Positions 63,844-64,000 of a stretch of DNA of 64,000 nt are shown one piece after another. The position numbers were made by a program, and so were the translations under genes. Numbering within the stretch: position 1 is the stretch's first letter; each line of letters starts with the position of its first letter. A model generated the notes under the pieces. That model was not told the origin of the DNA. It worked only from the letters and a program-made list of their open reading frames with translations, and did not search any database. The DNA comes from Malacoraja senta. Its lineage: Eukaryota. The DNA is taken from contig CM075994.1 of NCBI GenBank assembly GCA_038087875.1, positions 10,418,001-10,482,000 of the forward strand, in the 5' to 3' direction.

Positions 63844-64000
63844 GGTAGGCAAAAATGCTGGAGAAACTCAGCGGGTGAGGCAGCATCTCTGGAGCGAAGG
63901 AATAGGTGACGTTTCGGGTCTTCTTCAGACTGATGTAGGGGTGGGGTGGGGGCAGGAAGAAGAAAGGAAGAGGCGGAGACAGTAGGCTGTGGGAGAGCTG
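63844..64000 (-). mobile_element. Penelope-associated terminal repeat fragment
   Basis: Matches the terminus at 58474-58600; similar short pieces at 60950-61050 and 62870-62967. Confidence 0.55.

Overview
Vertebrate genomic DNA, most likely a cartilaginous fish (skate/ray-like, inferred from the CR1/HE1-V-SINE/Penelope/Rex1 repeat landscape), in three contigs separated by two 200-N gaps (7503-7702, 48427-48626). (1) 1-7502 is a head-to-tail tandem array of one dead, internally deleted CR1 LINE (~3.2 kb unit). (2) 7703-~60000 is an amplified cluster of four intronless, heat-inducible-type hsp70 genes: three on the minus strand and one inverted. The inverted copy has a CGA>TGA stop that removes the C-terminal 18 aa including EEVD. 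Each gene has a TATA/CCAAT/GC/HSE promoter. The genes sit in a repeated backbone module built from old TE fragments, which occurs about seven times, with three junctions lacking the hsp70 cassette. Nested TE insertions, TSDs and microhomology deletions allow part of the array's history to be reconstructed, and the paralogs are recombinant mosaics. (3) ~60000-64000 is non-duplicated flank with TE debris and a candidate signal-peptide first exon (61763-61844). I see no prokaryote-type novel system. The most interesting biology is the hsp70 array (EEVD-less copy, shared unusual substitutions, two promoter types, cassette capture) and the LINE-derived satellite. TE family calls are from motif recognition, not database searches, and most TE boundaries are approximate.
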